Shown piece by piece: positions 1 through 13,300 of a DNA stretch of 64,000 nt. Source of the DNA: Gnetum montanum (Eukaryota > Plantae > Gnetophyta). The notes under the pieces were generated by a model. It saw only the letters and a program-made list of their open reading frames with translations. It ran no database searches and had not been told where the DNA came from. Location: the NCBI GenBank assembly GCA_015680685.1, contig MNCI01001451.1, forward strand, positions 944,274-1,008,273, in the 5' to 3' direction. The position numbers and the translations under genes are program-made. Numbering within the stretch: position 1 is the stretch's first letter; each line of letters opens with the position of its first letter.

Positions 1-1010
1 TTTTCAATTGATTTTTTAAAACTTTCTAGCATGTTGTGGGAAAGGATATTTGTGATAATATATTTAAATTTGGAACAATCGATTACCTTCTTAGTAAATT
101 TAATATTACCTAGATCTTCCTTGTTAGAGTTTCATTTTATGTCACTTGATAACTTTAATATACCCAAGAATCTTATGGTTAATAACTTCACTCATTGATA
201 ATTCAACTTATCCTTTTTGTAACAAATCTTATTATTGAAGATATTTATGAACATCATAACTTATAAGTTACAATAGTGATTATTGCTCTTACAATGAAGA
301 TTGTAGTCATCCCTAACCAACTTAAGTATGAAATTCTATGTACAACCTTACTACACTTCTTTATAGCTTGTTATTTTACTTCAACGAAGCCTCCTAGTTG
401 ATCTTCTCTTTTTATTTAATAAACTAGATTAGACTTATGCTAAACTCAACTATGCATATTCCCCTCCTCTTTAAGAAACTAAACCATGACTTACTCTAAG
501 TCTAGTTGACACCTTCAATTCTTTATTAAAGAATGCTTGGCAAAACCTTTGACTATTTAGCTTACAAAGTTCACCATAACTTACAATGGTTGTTCATCAT
601 AATTTCTATGTCTACACTTTTTATGATGATCAACCATTTTTCATCTTAAGCTTTCTTTTATTTTTCTTCTTTATTAGATTATAATTATCTCTATTTACTT
701 TTTTATAACACCCCAATGTTTCAAACCTAGAATCCTAGGTTTGCTATTTATTTTCTTATCCTTAATTCTTAACCATAAGGGTATATTTAAATATATTATG
801 TTAATAGTATATGGTATCCTATTAGTTGTTTATGTTGGTATATTCTAATGTCTTTCTTATGCTTACTTATTGTTATGCATCTTGGGGTTTAAATCCTTGA
901 CTCCTTGTTTACATTTATTACATTGGCATTTTATGGTTAGTACATAATGATGTATTTGCTTATAAGCTTATTTCTTTAAACTCTCTCTTCAATGATCTCA
1001 TGTACTCTAA

Positions 1011-1012
<2 letters not shown>

Positions 1013-1047
<35 letters not shown>
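1013..1047. repeat. (TTA)n microsatellite
   Basis: Direct reading of an uninterrupted TTA run. Confidence 0.95.
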
Positions 1048-2089
1048 TGGGATCCAACACATCCCCATGTGGTATTCACTTATAATTTTATGTATATTGT
1101 ATCTTAAAATAACTTCTCATGCATTGATAGTATAAATATTTTATTATGTCTCATATTTGTTAAGGATTCGACCTTGGACCTTGCTCTTATCACATATTGG
1201 GAAATATTGTTTTTTTTTGTATTTCTTTTCTTTATTATTATTTTTTGATATTTATTAATGCTTAATGTTGTGGGGTGTTGGACCCCAAAAAATAAATATA
1301 TGAAAAATAAAACTTTAGAGTACAAAAGCAAAGAAGTAGAGGAGAAATTTCAAAATAACAAAAAGCAAAGGCCCAATGATTTTGTAGATTCCTTTTTAGG
1401 TTTTCATTCTTATAACCAAACTTGAAAAACCTCCCATTTGTGGTAGGAAAAAGATTAGACTGCTTCTTATTAATAAAAAAGAAAAACTAAAGAGAGCAAC
1501 ATTTAGGAATTTAGCTAAAGCATCAATTGTTGAATAATGTCATCTTGATGGAACAAAATTAGTTTCAAGAATAGCTATGAAAAATTACATTACATTGAAA
1601 CTTCCATATCACATAAAAAATAAGAGGATGAAAGCAACAATAAGTATGAAGTAGAAATCCTTGAAGTTAAGGATGTTACCAAATAAAACTTCATTTAATT
1701 TTGGTTAAAACCCATGTAAATACCTGCACCATGTCTAAGAGCTATGAGCAAGTGGATAAGTAAAAAAATAGATAAATTTATCTTCCATGTTGTAGATAGG
1801 ATATCTTGGGTCATGAACACCCAAATGAAAGCATTGAATGCCATAATGCTTAGTGCTTTGACTTTACCCATTCTTAATTTATAGATGATACTCTTTTTTT
1901 TTTTTAACAAAAAACTACTTTCATCCTCAAAAATGCATATAATTGTTTTAATCTTTTTGCTTGTGCATCTAGATTGTAAATTAATTTTACCAAAAGTAAA
2001 ACTTTTTGCAACCACTAAAAAATAATTTTAAGAGTTTTGTTCCAAAGTATAATGTGAAGAAGATAATCTACCTACCAAATATTTGGACA

Positions 2090-3150
2090 TTTATCTCTTC
2101 ATTAAATGAATGAGAATAAATTTTAGAAATATGTTCTTGACAAAGTGGTAAAATATTTGGCTGCATGGAAGGAAAAAAATATTTACTCAAGAAGGAAGAC
2201 TCTAGTTACTTAAATCAACACTTCATGCTATGTCCTTTTATCTATTGTCTTAGTACAGAGCCCTATAAATAGTTGTGAATACTCCAGAAAAACTAGAGTA
2301 TCAATTTCTTTAGTCTCATACTAAGGATAAAATTTTTCATTCTATAAAATGAGATTTTATTTGTTGACCTATTCAAAAAGATAGTTGAGATATTCAACAT
2401 CTTCACTCTATTATTTTGATGTTGCTTGGTGAACTTATTTAGCAACTTTACATAGGAGATAAGACATGGGTTCAAGTGATGCATATCAAGTACCTTTCTA
2501 ATAATCATTTGTTTCACAATGCACCTTCAATAACTTATATTAACCTAACATGATAGAGTTTTGAAAAGCTAAAAGTTTGATTTAAGAGAATAGTGCTTGT
2601 TGAAGGGCAATCAATTCATGAGGGTGATTCTAATTAGTATATGTTAAATGATGTTAATATAAAGTTGGGTCTGGGTATTAAGGATAGATCCTCTTAAGGA
2701 GGCATGGCAGAAAGATATTATAATTCCAAACTGAAAATTTTTTGTCTAAATATTTATATGGAAAATTACCTATGAATGTTCTTTTACAGCATAAAGGTTT
2801 GATTACAATTGAGCTACAATGTCCTACTATTTAATCATTTTGACAAGAACTTACACACATGACTATCATACATTAGAACTGTATGTCTAATCATAATGTA
2901 ATTTCTCAAACTTCTCAAATTTGGGAAAAGTGAAAGCAACACAAATATAAAACTCTTATTGCCTCTACCCTTCATTCCTTATGGTGTTGCAAAAATTGGT
3001 GGGTCTTCAAACATGAATACTACAATTACATAATCAAGTTTCTAAGGTTTATTACAAATTCTTTTTCCTTTAGTTACTATATTGGTGATGGTGATATCTA
3101 AGAAAAAATATTTTGAGTTACTCAACTTTATTTTTTTGTAACGTTTATCT
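2090..3150 (+). mobile_element. Degenerate L1-type LINE ORF2 3' remnant
   Basis: Around 2133-2240 it reads FLDKVVKYLAAWKEKN..(G)RL.LLKSTLHAM across frameshifts, matching the plant L1 post-RT motif (DKV.KRLAGWK..LS.GGRL.L.KS.L). NSKLKIFC near 2722 resembles the start of zf-RVT. Confidence 0.5.
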
Positions 3151-3359
3151 TGCTTTTCTATTTTAATATTTTTATTTTTTCAAATTAATTGGTTTGTATC
3201 TACAGTAGTCTTCTATTCTATATTGAAAGCTCTGGTATCTCCCATTTTATATGACCTCTTTTTTCATTTGCTAGTTTTCTAAAATTTCAATTTTGTCTTC
3301 AATATAGTTGATAATGTAATCAACTTCTAGTCTTCTGGATGTGTCCTATCCACCATAGA

Positions 3360-3660
3360 ACTAGCTTTACCTTTCATCTAGAAAAAACATAAAGTAAAAG
3401 ATCCAACAAAAATAAAAAAATTACTAAGAAATTAAAAAATACAAAGAAATGGAAATTGTATTAAAAATTAAAAAATTATGAAAAAATTAGAAATATGTAA
3501 AAATTAAACAAATAAACAAAAAAATACAAAATACAAAATAAAAAATGCACTTATAGTTCTCAATTAAAATGTTGTATCTCCCCCATAGCTAAGGTCTAAG
3601 TAGGAGATCTTGAAGATGGAACAAGTGACAAGAAAGTTGGATAATGAGATTAACTTTTAG
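3360..3660 (+). repeat. ~300 bp A-rich dispersed repeat, copy 1
   Basis: Shares cctttcat..aaaaaacataaa and cacttatagtt.tcaattaaa.tg..gtatctc.ccc...ggtctaa..aggagat with 4740-5010. Confidence 0.65.
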
Positions 3661-4127
3661 TCTTTTGGGTGCATCCCAACCACCATAGAGGGGGTGTGTC
3701 GAACCCCAAAAAGAGAATTTTATTAATTAAATGAGATTAAGTACATGATCAACAATTGAACATATTGATGGATAAATAGGGAGAAGAACAATGACAAATG
3801 CGGATGTTGAAGGAAAACATCTTAATACATAATCCTTTACAGGGTGTGGGAGTACATTCCAAAGAGTAACCTTATGTTGGGAATCAATAAGAACTACGAG
3901 TTAATAAGACAGGAGAACAACAAAGAGCTAAAAATGCTCAAAATTATGATAACACACTCTGATGTAGCAGATCGAGATTGGGAGGAGTGCATGAGTTGGT
4001 GTATCTGCTCCAAGGCTACAAACAATAAAACAACTGATTAGTATCCAACTTTAACTTAGAAGTACGAGATAAAATTTGGAAATGCACAAGGCGAAGAATT
4101 TGAGATTTTTCCATAATATTTAAATGG

Positions 4128-4726
4128 TTAGAGTTGGATGAATGAGTGTTCTGGAAAAGAGCTGCATCTACGCTTCCATATATAGTAAAGAATGAGGGGC
4201 CTAATAACTTTCCAAAGAAACTGAAGGTCAGTAGAGGGGGTGGCTAGAAAGTCAAATAAGATATCCTCATGGGAAAACGTGCACAAACGAAAAACTTTAG
4301 AAACCCACTCCCATGAAGACTGAGTGAAAGGGTAATGCCAAAAAACGTGGAAAAAATCATCAGGACCTCCACAGAGAGGGCAATTAGGGTTTGGAATCCC
4401 AAGGTATTCACGGCATTTGCCGATAGGCAGGCCTTGATGCAGGAGGCACCAAAGAAATTGTTTACTTGTTGGAAGAGTTGGAAGGCTCCAAACTCGTGAA
4501 AAGAGAGAGAGCCAAAACTGTTCAGACTCTTCTTTGTGCCATGATCGATTGCATTGATTAACAATCATAGAGGAATCATGCAACAATTGAAAGGGCACAT
4601 GTGGTTTATACGGTAGAAGGTTCGATCCATTAGTCCACTGAAGACCATGGAAGAGACTAGGAACCGAAGCATCATAGTAGCTTTATAAGGGATTATGGTG
4701 AGTAACAAATACTTCGCACATTGATT
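4128..4726 (-). mobile_element. 5'-truncated LINE fragment encoding zf-RVT domain
   Basis: ORF 4128-4598 has VWSLPTLPTSKQFLWCLLHQGLP...CPLCGGPDDFFHVFWHYPF..W..V and IWKRR, the typical LINE ORF2 C-terminal zinc-binding region. Confidence 0.8.
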
Positions 4727-4739
4727 GTATGTAACTACT

Positions 4740-5010
4740 CTAAGGTTTTCCTTTCATTAAAAAAAACATAAATTCAAAAACTAAACAAAAATAGAGATTT
4801 ATAAAGAAATTGGAAAATATAAATAAATAAAAACGTATTAAAATAGAAAATTATGAAAGAAAAAATTAGAAAATAGACAAAAAAGGTAAAAAAATTGAAA
4901 AAACACTTATAGTTATCAATTAAAGTGGGGTATCTCTCCCAAGATTATGGTCTAAAGAGGAGATACAAAAGATGCAACAAGCAACAACGGTGTTGAATGA
5001 TGAGAGGATT
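4740..5010 (+). repeat. ~300 bp A-rich dispersed repeat, copy 2
   Basis: Diverged direct repeat of 3360-3660. Confidence 0.65.
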
Positions 5011-5568
5011 GCAACTTTTTAGGATTCCCTATATGGGTTTATTTGTTGGATGTTGACTAAAATCAATTTTTATGAGTTAGTAGGATGGAAAATTTGCAAG
5101 GCACTAGATGGGTAGACAACATGCACAAGATAGGGTCCCTTCAAAAGTGTTTGAAGCTTTGTATATTAAAGCACATCATTGGGATTCTAATACATGATCT
5201 TATCTCTAGGTGTCTAATCTTGATATGCCTTTGATTCTAAAGACTTCATTATGTATTAGTACTATCATCCTATTCTCAATTTTCATATTTGGGTTCATTA
5301 ATCTCTCTTTTTGAGCTAGAGTGTGATCTAATTTAAAATCATAAGAAATGATAAGTATCTAGAGCTATGTTTAAATTAGCGTTTTAGTAGTTTTTCATAC
5401 ACTAGTTCATAGAGAAAGTAGCCTATAGTAAGCTTCTAAGTTAAGCAATATTCACAAAGGACATTGTTTAATTTATTATTCCAATCCTTTCTATATTTAC
5501 TAATTATTTTTTTAATGATTCTAGTGATATTTCTATTCATCATTTTAGCATGTTCATTGGCTTGGAGG

Positions 5569-6660
5569 TGATACCGTTTGGGACCACCAATGTTGGGCCT
5601 TCGGTTTCATGACTTTAGGATCATGGGAAAACAAAAGTGTTCCTTAAAATAGGGTTTAGGTGCTTGTTAGTCTTTTGGCAACACTAAGGCCCAAATACCT
5701 TTGAATAAACTCAGTGGTTATGAAACAAACTAAACATGAGTATGTGTTTGCTATTGTAAATGTTGAAATGCTTAGGTTTGTGTATGAAACTGTAACTAGC
5801 TATCATAAAAGAAATTCAGCAAGCTTTGTCAAATACTATGAGTTATTAAAGATTTCTATTTTGTCAAGCTTAGTCTATATAGTCCCTATAGTACGCTACT
5901 TGAAACACATAAGATTTCACAAAAATGCTTGAGCATAATTCTGACAATCTACTCTTAATTTCCCTCAGAGAGAAAATTCCACAAGAAAACTAGAAATAGA
6001 GAGATTTAAAGAATTTAGAAAGAGAGAGAAAAAAAAAGAGAGCAGATTTGTGTGAATCTCAAATATTTAGGCAAGATAAATTAAACATGATGAAACACTT
6101 CGTAATAAAGCTATTTCAATTCAGTCTATGTATAACAAATTGTCTAAACCCTCTAAGCTCAACAAGCAATTTCATAAAAGACAATCTTATTACACTACCA
6201 AAACGTTTTGTAAACAACAAGTACAAGCTTTTGTTTGGCTAGTTAACGGTTGCCAAGAATTGTAAACACTAGAACTAGCAGAAAAATTTGACAATTTCAA
6301 GATTGAAATCCAAGGCAATTAACTTTTTTAAAAAATGAAGCTATTTCAAGCAAGTCAAAGTATCAAAGATTTGCTAAATCCTCTAGACTTAAACAAGCAA
6401 TTTCAATAAGACATTATGATTAAATTACTCAAGATGCTTTTCTAAGACAACATAAGCTCTTATATGGAAAATCTAATAAACATCTAATATTGTGCAAAAA
6501 CAGAGCTATAAAAATAATCTAGAAAATCCCAAAATTAAATGCCAAGCACAATACTATCTAGACCATTAGCTAAGCAACCAAAACAAAATGGGAAGAAAAG
6601 AACTCAAAGAAGTAAAACAAAGCAACCTAATTGATGTCTTTAGTAATCCATGCTTTTACA
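5569..6660 (-). mobile_element. LTR-like remnant, family D (probable solo LTR)
   Basis: Starts TGATACCGTTTGGGAC on +. 5569-5713 is homologous to the TG-initiated insertion at 63893-64000. Contains an internal ~230 bp duplication (6110 vs 6339). Right boundary is a guess and no TSD was found. Confidence 0.45.
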
Positions 6661-7373
6661 ATCTTTAATATTTTTCTAAGTATCTTTTCTCAAAATTTTC
6701 CACACCCTGCCCACCCTACCTGCCCCTCTTTTCCTCTTTCAAAATCCTACCCATCTAGCCCTTTTCATAGTAGCTTTGAGTAGTTACATACATCATAAGG
6801 GATTATGGTGAGTAACAAATACCTCGCACATTGATTATGGTGAGTAACAAATACCTCTTACACCACTTGAGCAGCAGTATCCAAGGCCCACGGCACTTGA
6901 GTGGTGCAATGAGGCCTTGCGTGATTGAGCAACTCGGGGAGATTTAATTTTAACCATTTTAAGAAATTATAACTTCTATAGGAAGTTATTATAATTAGAG
7001 AAATTTATACCATAGTTGGGAAGTGTCCTAACAAAAAATATCCTATGAATTTTTAAAACAATGAAGATAACATTGGCTACAGCATATACACTTTTACGTG
7101 GAACTTCTTTATTTGTTTGGATTAGTTTATTTGGGGTGGACCCCTTGTGGCCTTTGTATGGGGTGTTTTTGCACTGAGAGTAGCACTGAATTCCCTCCTT
7201 TCTCACGTACTCGTAGCAACGTCCGCAGACCAGAAAGCTGCGCTCGTGTCATGTCATGCGATAAACAGCTCCACATTTGCATTCAGGCCGACGTTGTCAG
7301 CGTAGATCTCGCAGACACGACATTTGTTTGTTAAACTTGTGCACATGCTTACCTTCACCACCTGCAACGCCAT

Positions 7374-7550
7374 TTGTCGTCAACTTTGCCAAAACCCTCG
7401 GCCATTGCTGCTCACGTCTCATCCACGCTCCGCAAATACCGCGGCAAGCTCACGGTTTTGCTGGTTAGGGTTTCGCTTGTCGCCATTCTGGGAAAAAAAA
7501 TTGGAGAAATGGATTTTGCGCAGGAAGTGTTCGACAGAATGTCTGGAGTA
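7374..7550 (+). pseudogene. Single PPR-motif-like fragment
   Basis: KIGEMDFAQEVFDRMS resembles the PLS-PPR consensus KCG..E.A..VFD.M. Only one motif is visible. Confidence 0.3.
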
Positions 7551-7749
7551 AATGATTTGAATTTGTATAATATCCTAGTCTCGAATTTGGTCTGGGGTTT
7601 TTGCCCGCAGTTGAAATTATTAATGATAATGATAAATGATGAAAATCAACTGTAAATTTTTCTAAAACCATATTTGGTTGCCATTTTTGTTTTTGTATTT
7701 TTTTTTAAGTACATCAATTTCAGAAATCCCTCATTAAAGTTGTTCCTTC

Positions 7750-8800
7750 AACATTTTTGGTATCTCTGGCAGAAACACACCTTTCAATTGCTTAAAATTA
7801 TCCTCGATTTATTTAATATACTGATAAGCTCCTTAAGTTTTTGTGATTTTGTTGCCTTGGCATCTCTTCCATCCAATTTCCAAAATAACATCATGAATTT
7901 GGACATCATATTCCACATGTATAGAAATCTTTTGATGCCAATCCAAGGACTGTTTTTAATGAGAGCTCTCCTCTCAAGGAGCTGAACAACATCTTCACCC
8001 AAAATTTTCTGGACAAGATGCCATCGGATGCCAAGGAAAAATGAACAAATGTTTAAAAAAATGCATCTTTGTACTCCTATCCAATGTTGGCAAAAGCAAA
8101 ATCAAAGAAATCTACCCTTTCCAAGGCCAGATTCTCTCCTCCACTTATCTCATACTTATGTTTAATGGCCTCAATAGCTTCACTTTTGTCTTGTTGATTT
8201 CCAATATAACTGCCAATAATTTTCAGGGCCAAAGGTACACCTCCAAAGACCTTAAGAATGTACTCTGACTCCGCAGAGCTTATACAGTCTGACACTATTT
8301 CTGCTCTCATGGTGTTATCTAAATGGCATGCTCCTTTGCAGAGAAGGCACATCAAAAATTTTATATTGGGATTTCCAATGCTTAGGCCATCTCACACATT
8401 TGATTCCCTGGCTGTGGGGAGAGTCTGAGTTTATCACACTGAAAAGGATTTTTAACCAGAGTTTTCTGAGCTCTTCATGAATCAAAACAGAATTGTACGC
8501 CAGTTGTTATTCTAGTTGTATGTCACCCATGCATACCCTTTGGCCGATCGCATAACCTTCTTGAAAAAGTTGCAGTGCTTGGAACTGGTGTTTTGCAAGG
8601 TGAAAGAATACTAAAAAGATCATTTAATTTAACTTAAAGACGATTTCAGAATGTCTTGAAGGTTTAATGGGATCATCCAAACATAAATATGTTACATCTT
8701 TCATATGAGTTTGAAACAAATCTTTTTCAATAATGTCAAAAAATGCTTTGTGCCAAGCAAACACAAGACTATGACACTGACCACCTTCTGTAACAATCAT
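7750..8800 (-). pseudogene. NB-ARC (NLR resistance gene) remnant with frameshifts and stops
   Basis: GLPL motif FGGVPLALKIIGSYI (~8200-8247), MHD-like VQIHDVILEIG (~7873-7905, different frame), and a possible decayed P-loop GGQ..CLAQSIF near 8740-8785. Motif order is correct on the minus strand. Confidence 0.7.
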
Positions 8801-9243
8801 GGTTTTACAACAAGAAGTTGCAGTACCTCTACCACATTCTTACAATATTCCTCACCAGAATTCTGTAACTTGTAACCAAATCTGTGCTCTCAAATGGCTT
8901 CATATTGAGCAGAATAGAAGCAACAAGATCTCTTTTATTTTTTATTTTTACCAAAATGAATTTAGAAAAGGAAAGTTCCATGTTTTATTTTATTATGTTC
9001 ATTTTCATCATCTTCTAATAAAGAAAAATCGGCATTTCTATCACAATTCATGGGTATTCCTTCGCATATTCCTTATGATTGAATAACGTATAGACCAAAA
9101 ACCTATTCCATGAAATGGTTGAAATGTGTCAACAATAATATATAGTAAATTTATTCTCAATCCCTAAGCATTGGATTAACTTATTAAATGTAGCACTTGG
9201 AAAGTGAGTTTTGTTATCAAAAATTAGGATTAGTATTATAAGA

Positions 9244-9316
9244 ATGAAGTGCTATCCTAGTGGTAATATTCTTGATTTGAAAGCTCTACATCATAGGTTT
9301 GATTTGAAAGCTCTAT
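9244..9316 (+). mobile_element. tRNA-derived SINE-like copy (truncated)
   Basis: A-box-like TATCCTAGTGG; homologous to 56902-56993. Confidence 0.55.
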
Positions 9317-10357
9317 GGTTTGCTAACTAGACTACCAACCATCTCTTAGCTTGGACTTTTCTTTGTAACTCAACATTGACCTAGTAAGCATCACCATGAG
9401 AAAGTTTAACTCTTTAAACAAATAAGTTAAAAATGATAAACACCAAAGCATGTCATACATTAGAAAATGAAGTTCAAAGCATCCATAATAACTATAAGGA
9501 TAATTGTACATCTTTATTATGTCAGACGGTGAATGTATCTTGGTAATTAGTTTCAAGTGTTGTACATCAATTCCCCTTTCATTGCATGTTTGTAAATTTT
9601 AAAATGTCTACTTAAAAGGAATCCCTTCGAGTTCATGCACTTGTAGGCAAAAAGCTTACTTTTGTCTTACAAGTCAATGTTAATCCCTGTAAAAAAAGGA
9701 ATCAACTACCAGATATATGTACTCCCCTAGTTATAAAAATGCTCAAAAGGCATTATTAACTCTTTTGGAATCTTTAAAAAGCATCATGAATACCATCAAG
9801 ATTCTACATTTACAAAGCTTAAAATATGAATAGTATATTAGAGGAAGATTATACAAACATATGTCCATTACAAGGTGAAACCTAAAAACATCAAACTAAG
9901 TTACTTAGCTAGGAGGGGAAAAAAAAACAATTATTTTATGAGGGGCAATCGCTCTCATAGTAATGAGCAAATGTATTCTCTTTAAAGAAGTAACAAAGCA
10001 GAGTTGTACTTAATACAATTAATTAAGCAACAATCCCAAGCACCTAAAATAAATGCTAATCCCCTACTACCCTTCATTGATTCTGCTGTAGGTTAAAGTA
10101 GCTGCAGGCTTGGTTTCTGATAAAAGCAGTGGTTTGTACATGTAAAACCTATTTTATTTCATTGGAAGATGAAGCAAATGCTGGAAGTCACCAATATTGT
10201 AGACACCTACTGTACAGATACAAGCAACAATGGAATTATCAAAATGAGACAACAACAAAGAGAACCAAGATTAGACAAAGCATTTTTACAATTTGCAGTT
10301 AATGCAGATAAAATTATTGGTGGATTCATCTCTTAAAAGAATACTTACTTGGAATGA

Positions 10358-13300
10358 CTAATTTGAAGAAAACGTTGAGCTTTCAGCTTCTACCCTTCTA
10401 CGGTAAAGAGGGGGTTGTGATTCCACAATATTAATAACTTCTTCCAAGTTTTCTGGCAATATCATTTGATTTTGAAAGTTTCCATTAATAGACTGTAGAA
10501 ACATCTCAACTTCTTTCATGCTAGGCCTCATAGAAGCATTATGGCAAGTGCATCTTAGGCCTATCTTCAAAATGCTTTCCACCACTGACATTTCGTCATC
10601 TTTGTCCATGGCAATTCCCCCTCCACCTTCATCTGCCATCTTTAAGATACTTTTCAGCATCTCTTTTCTTCCTTCACCGACTCTCTCTTTCAAAGCCATG
10701 GAGATCCACAATGGCAATGTGAGATCTCCTGAAAACATTTCATGTGTAGGGCTCAATCTTGTGATGACTTCCAAAGTAACCACACCAAAGCTATATACAT
10801 CACCTTTGATAGATATTCTCTGCCCAGTTCCATACTCTGTATACATTTCTTGAAACTTAGTGTATGCAACTTGTCATTATAAGAAAAAAGGAAATTAAAG
10901 AAGATTGAAAATGAAAAAGGAATACCTGGTGCAATATAGCCAATAGAACCTTTAAGAGAGGAGGATGTTGTTGGGTCATCAAAATGGTCAAGAATGAGGC
11001 AAGATATTCCAAAGTCAGAGATCTTGACAGTCATATCTTCATCGAACAATACATTCTCTGGTTTGATGTCACAATGGATCACCTGAAAATCACAATCATG
11101 ATGCAAATAGGCAAGTCCTCTGGCTAACTCTGTTAGTACTTTAATTCTCATAGGCAAATTTAAACATGTCAAATGACCATCTTCTCTGTTGTAAAGAAGA
11201 GAATGAAGATTGCCATTACTCATGAAAGGTATTACTAGGGCTTTTAATTCATCAGACCAGACCACAGTAATAATCTTCAAAATGTTGCGATGCTTTACTT
11301 TCCCCAATGCCTGACATTCCTTTTTGAAGCTTTTATCAGTTTCACTATGGTTTGCAGAAGAGAAACATTTTACAGCAACAACCATTCCAGAACTTAAGAC
11401 ACCTTGGTAGACCTTTCCATGTCTGCCTTGGCCTAGGAAGTTTGAAGCACTGAAATTGTCTGTGGCCCTTTGAAGTTCTTCCATAGATATCTTTAAGAAT
11501 TTTTCACTTATCCTTGGAATTTCCCCTTTAGATTTTTTGATTCTTCTGAAAATGAATAAGATCCCTGCAACAACCAGCAACAAAAGACCACCTAGAATGC
11601 CAAGCACAATTTTCAGAATAGTGCTTTTCTTAAAGTGAGGGCTGTGTTGCCCGGGAGGAGATATTAGACAAGCTTTGAGGCCATAGCATCTTCCGCATAA
11701 ATTTGGGTTCCCAAGGAATGACCATCTTGTTAATCTTAGCTTTCGGATGGAACTGTTCAGACAAGGGACTTCTGCATCAAAGTTGTTGTAGGAGAAGTTC
11801 AAAAATTTGAGAGCCGAGTGATTAAACAAAGATGCAGGCACGGGTCCGGTAAAATTATTACTAGACAGATCAATGCTCCGTAGCTGGGTGACCTTCTTCC
11901 CAATTGATTGGGAAAGGTTGCCTCCGAAATTATTGAGGGAGAGATTGATTTGGCGGGCATCCAACTAGCTATCCATATAAGATCCAACGTTTCCAGAAAG
12001 CTGGTTGCTTGAAAGATTTATGAACTGTGCCATCTGCAATCCTGCTATATCTGGAGGCACTTCTCCTGTGAAATAATTTGCTGACAAATCAAAATGGAAT
12101 ATAATGGTTTTGAGACCAGCAACCTCCGGTGGTATTGGCCCAGACAAATTGTTTGCCGATAGAACAAGGTCTTCAAGAACAGGGCAGTTTCCCACCTCGG
12201 AAGGAATTTTACCTGACAGCCGGTTTCTCCTGAGGTACAGCTTCCGCAGATTGACTAGCTTTTCAATATTGGAAGGGATGGAACCTGACAATTCATTTCC
12301 ATCGAGATAGAGATAGCCAAGTGACTTGTTTAAGAGGGATATCTCAGATGGAATAGTGCCCTGTAATTTGTTCCTTCGAAGACTGATTGCTTGTACTGAC
12401 CTGAGATTTGCAATTTGACGAGGAATGGTGCCGCTGAGTACATTATCACCAAGATTAAGCCGTACAAGTGACGATAAGTTACCTATGCTGGGAGGGATGT
12501 TGCCGGAGATGAAGTTTTGCCGAAGGATCAAAACTTGAAGATTTGGCAAGGAGCTTCCAAAGTGTGGTGGTAACGATCCCATTAAATGGTTGTAGCTGAT
12601 ATCTATGGTGTTTAAGGAAGAGCAATTGGATAGAGCTATGGCTATTGGAAGAGGCTCTCTGGCTGCCCTCACTCCACTGGTGAAGTAATTACCCGACAGA
12701 CTTAAATACGTCAGTTCAGGGAAAAGGGTCCCCAACCACAACGGTAGCGTTCCCGACAATTTGTTATTGCTCAACTCAATGTCCTGCAAATGCGTGAGAT
12801 TCCGCCACGACTCTGGGATGTTCCCCGTGAATCCGTTGTAAAATACACCCAACAACTGTAAATTGTTAAAGCTGTCAATCCAGGGGGGAAGATCACCTTG
12901 CAAATTGTTTAGGGATAAATCTAGGTTTGTAAGAGCAGTGAGGTTGCGTAAACAGCGGGGAATGGCTCCATTTAAATTGTTTTGGTAAAGGTAAAAGTGA
13001 ACAAGACGGTACAAACTAGCAAGCGAGCATGGAATGAAACCCCTTAAATAATTAGATGCAAGAGCAAGAAAAGTCAAGGAGGCAGATAGGTTGCCAAGTT
13101 CAGCAGGAATGGCGCCGTGAAAGTTGTTCTGGCCAAGGTCAAGCGTTTCAAGTTTATTCAGTGATCCTAACCACGAAGGGACTTGTCCACCCAACTGATT
13201 TTGGTCAACATCGAACAAGTTAACGTCTTGGAATGCTGCAAGAGAGGGAGGAATTTCACCGTTCAAGGAATTTGCACAGACAGCAAAAAATTGCAGTGAA

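Noticed and set aside
6857-6950. U1 snRNA fragment (ATTGCAC, GCTCAAGTGG on minus)
   Set aside because: No ATACTTACCTG 5' end, no Sm site, and the spacing is wrong.
11960-11990. Micro-intron or programmed readthrough removing the TAG
   Set aside because: The only GT-AG span is 24 nt and would break the LRR period; the 3' context TTGGAT is not the CARYYA readthrough signal.
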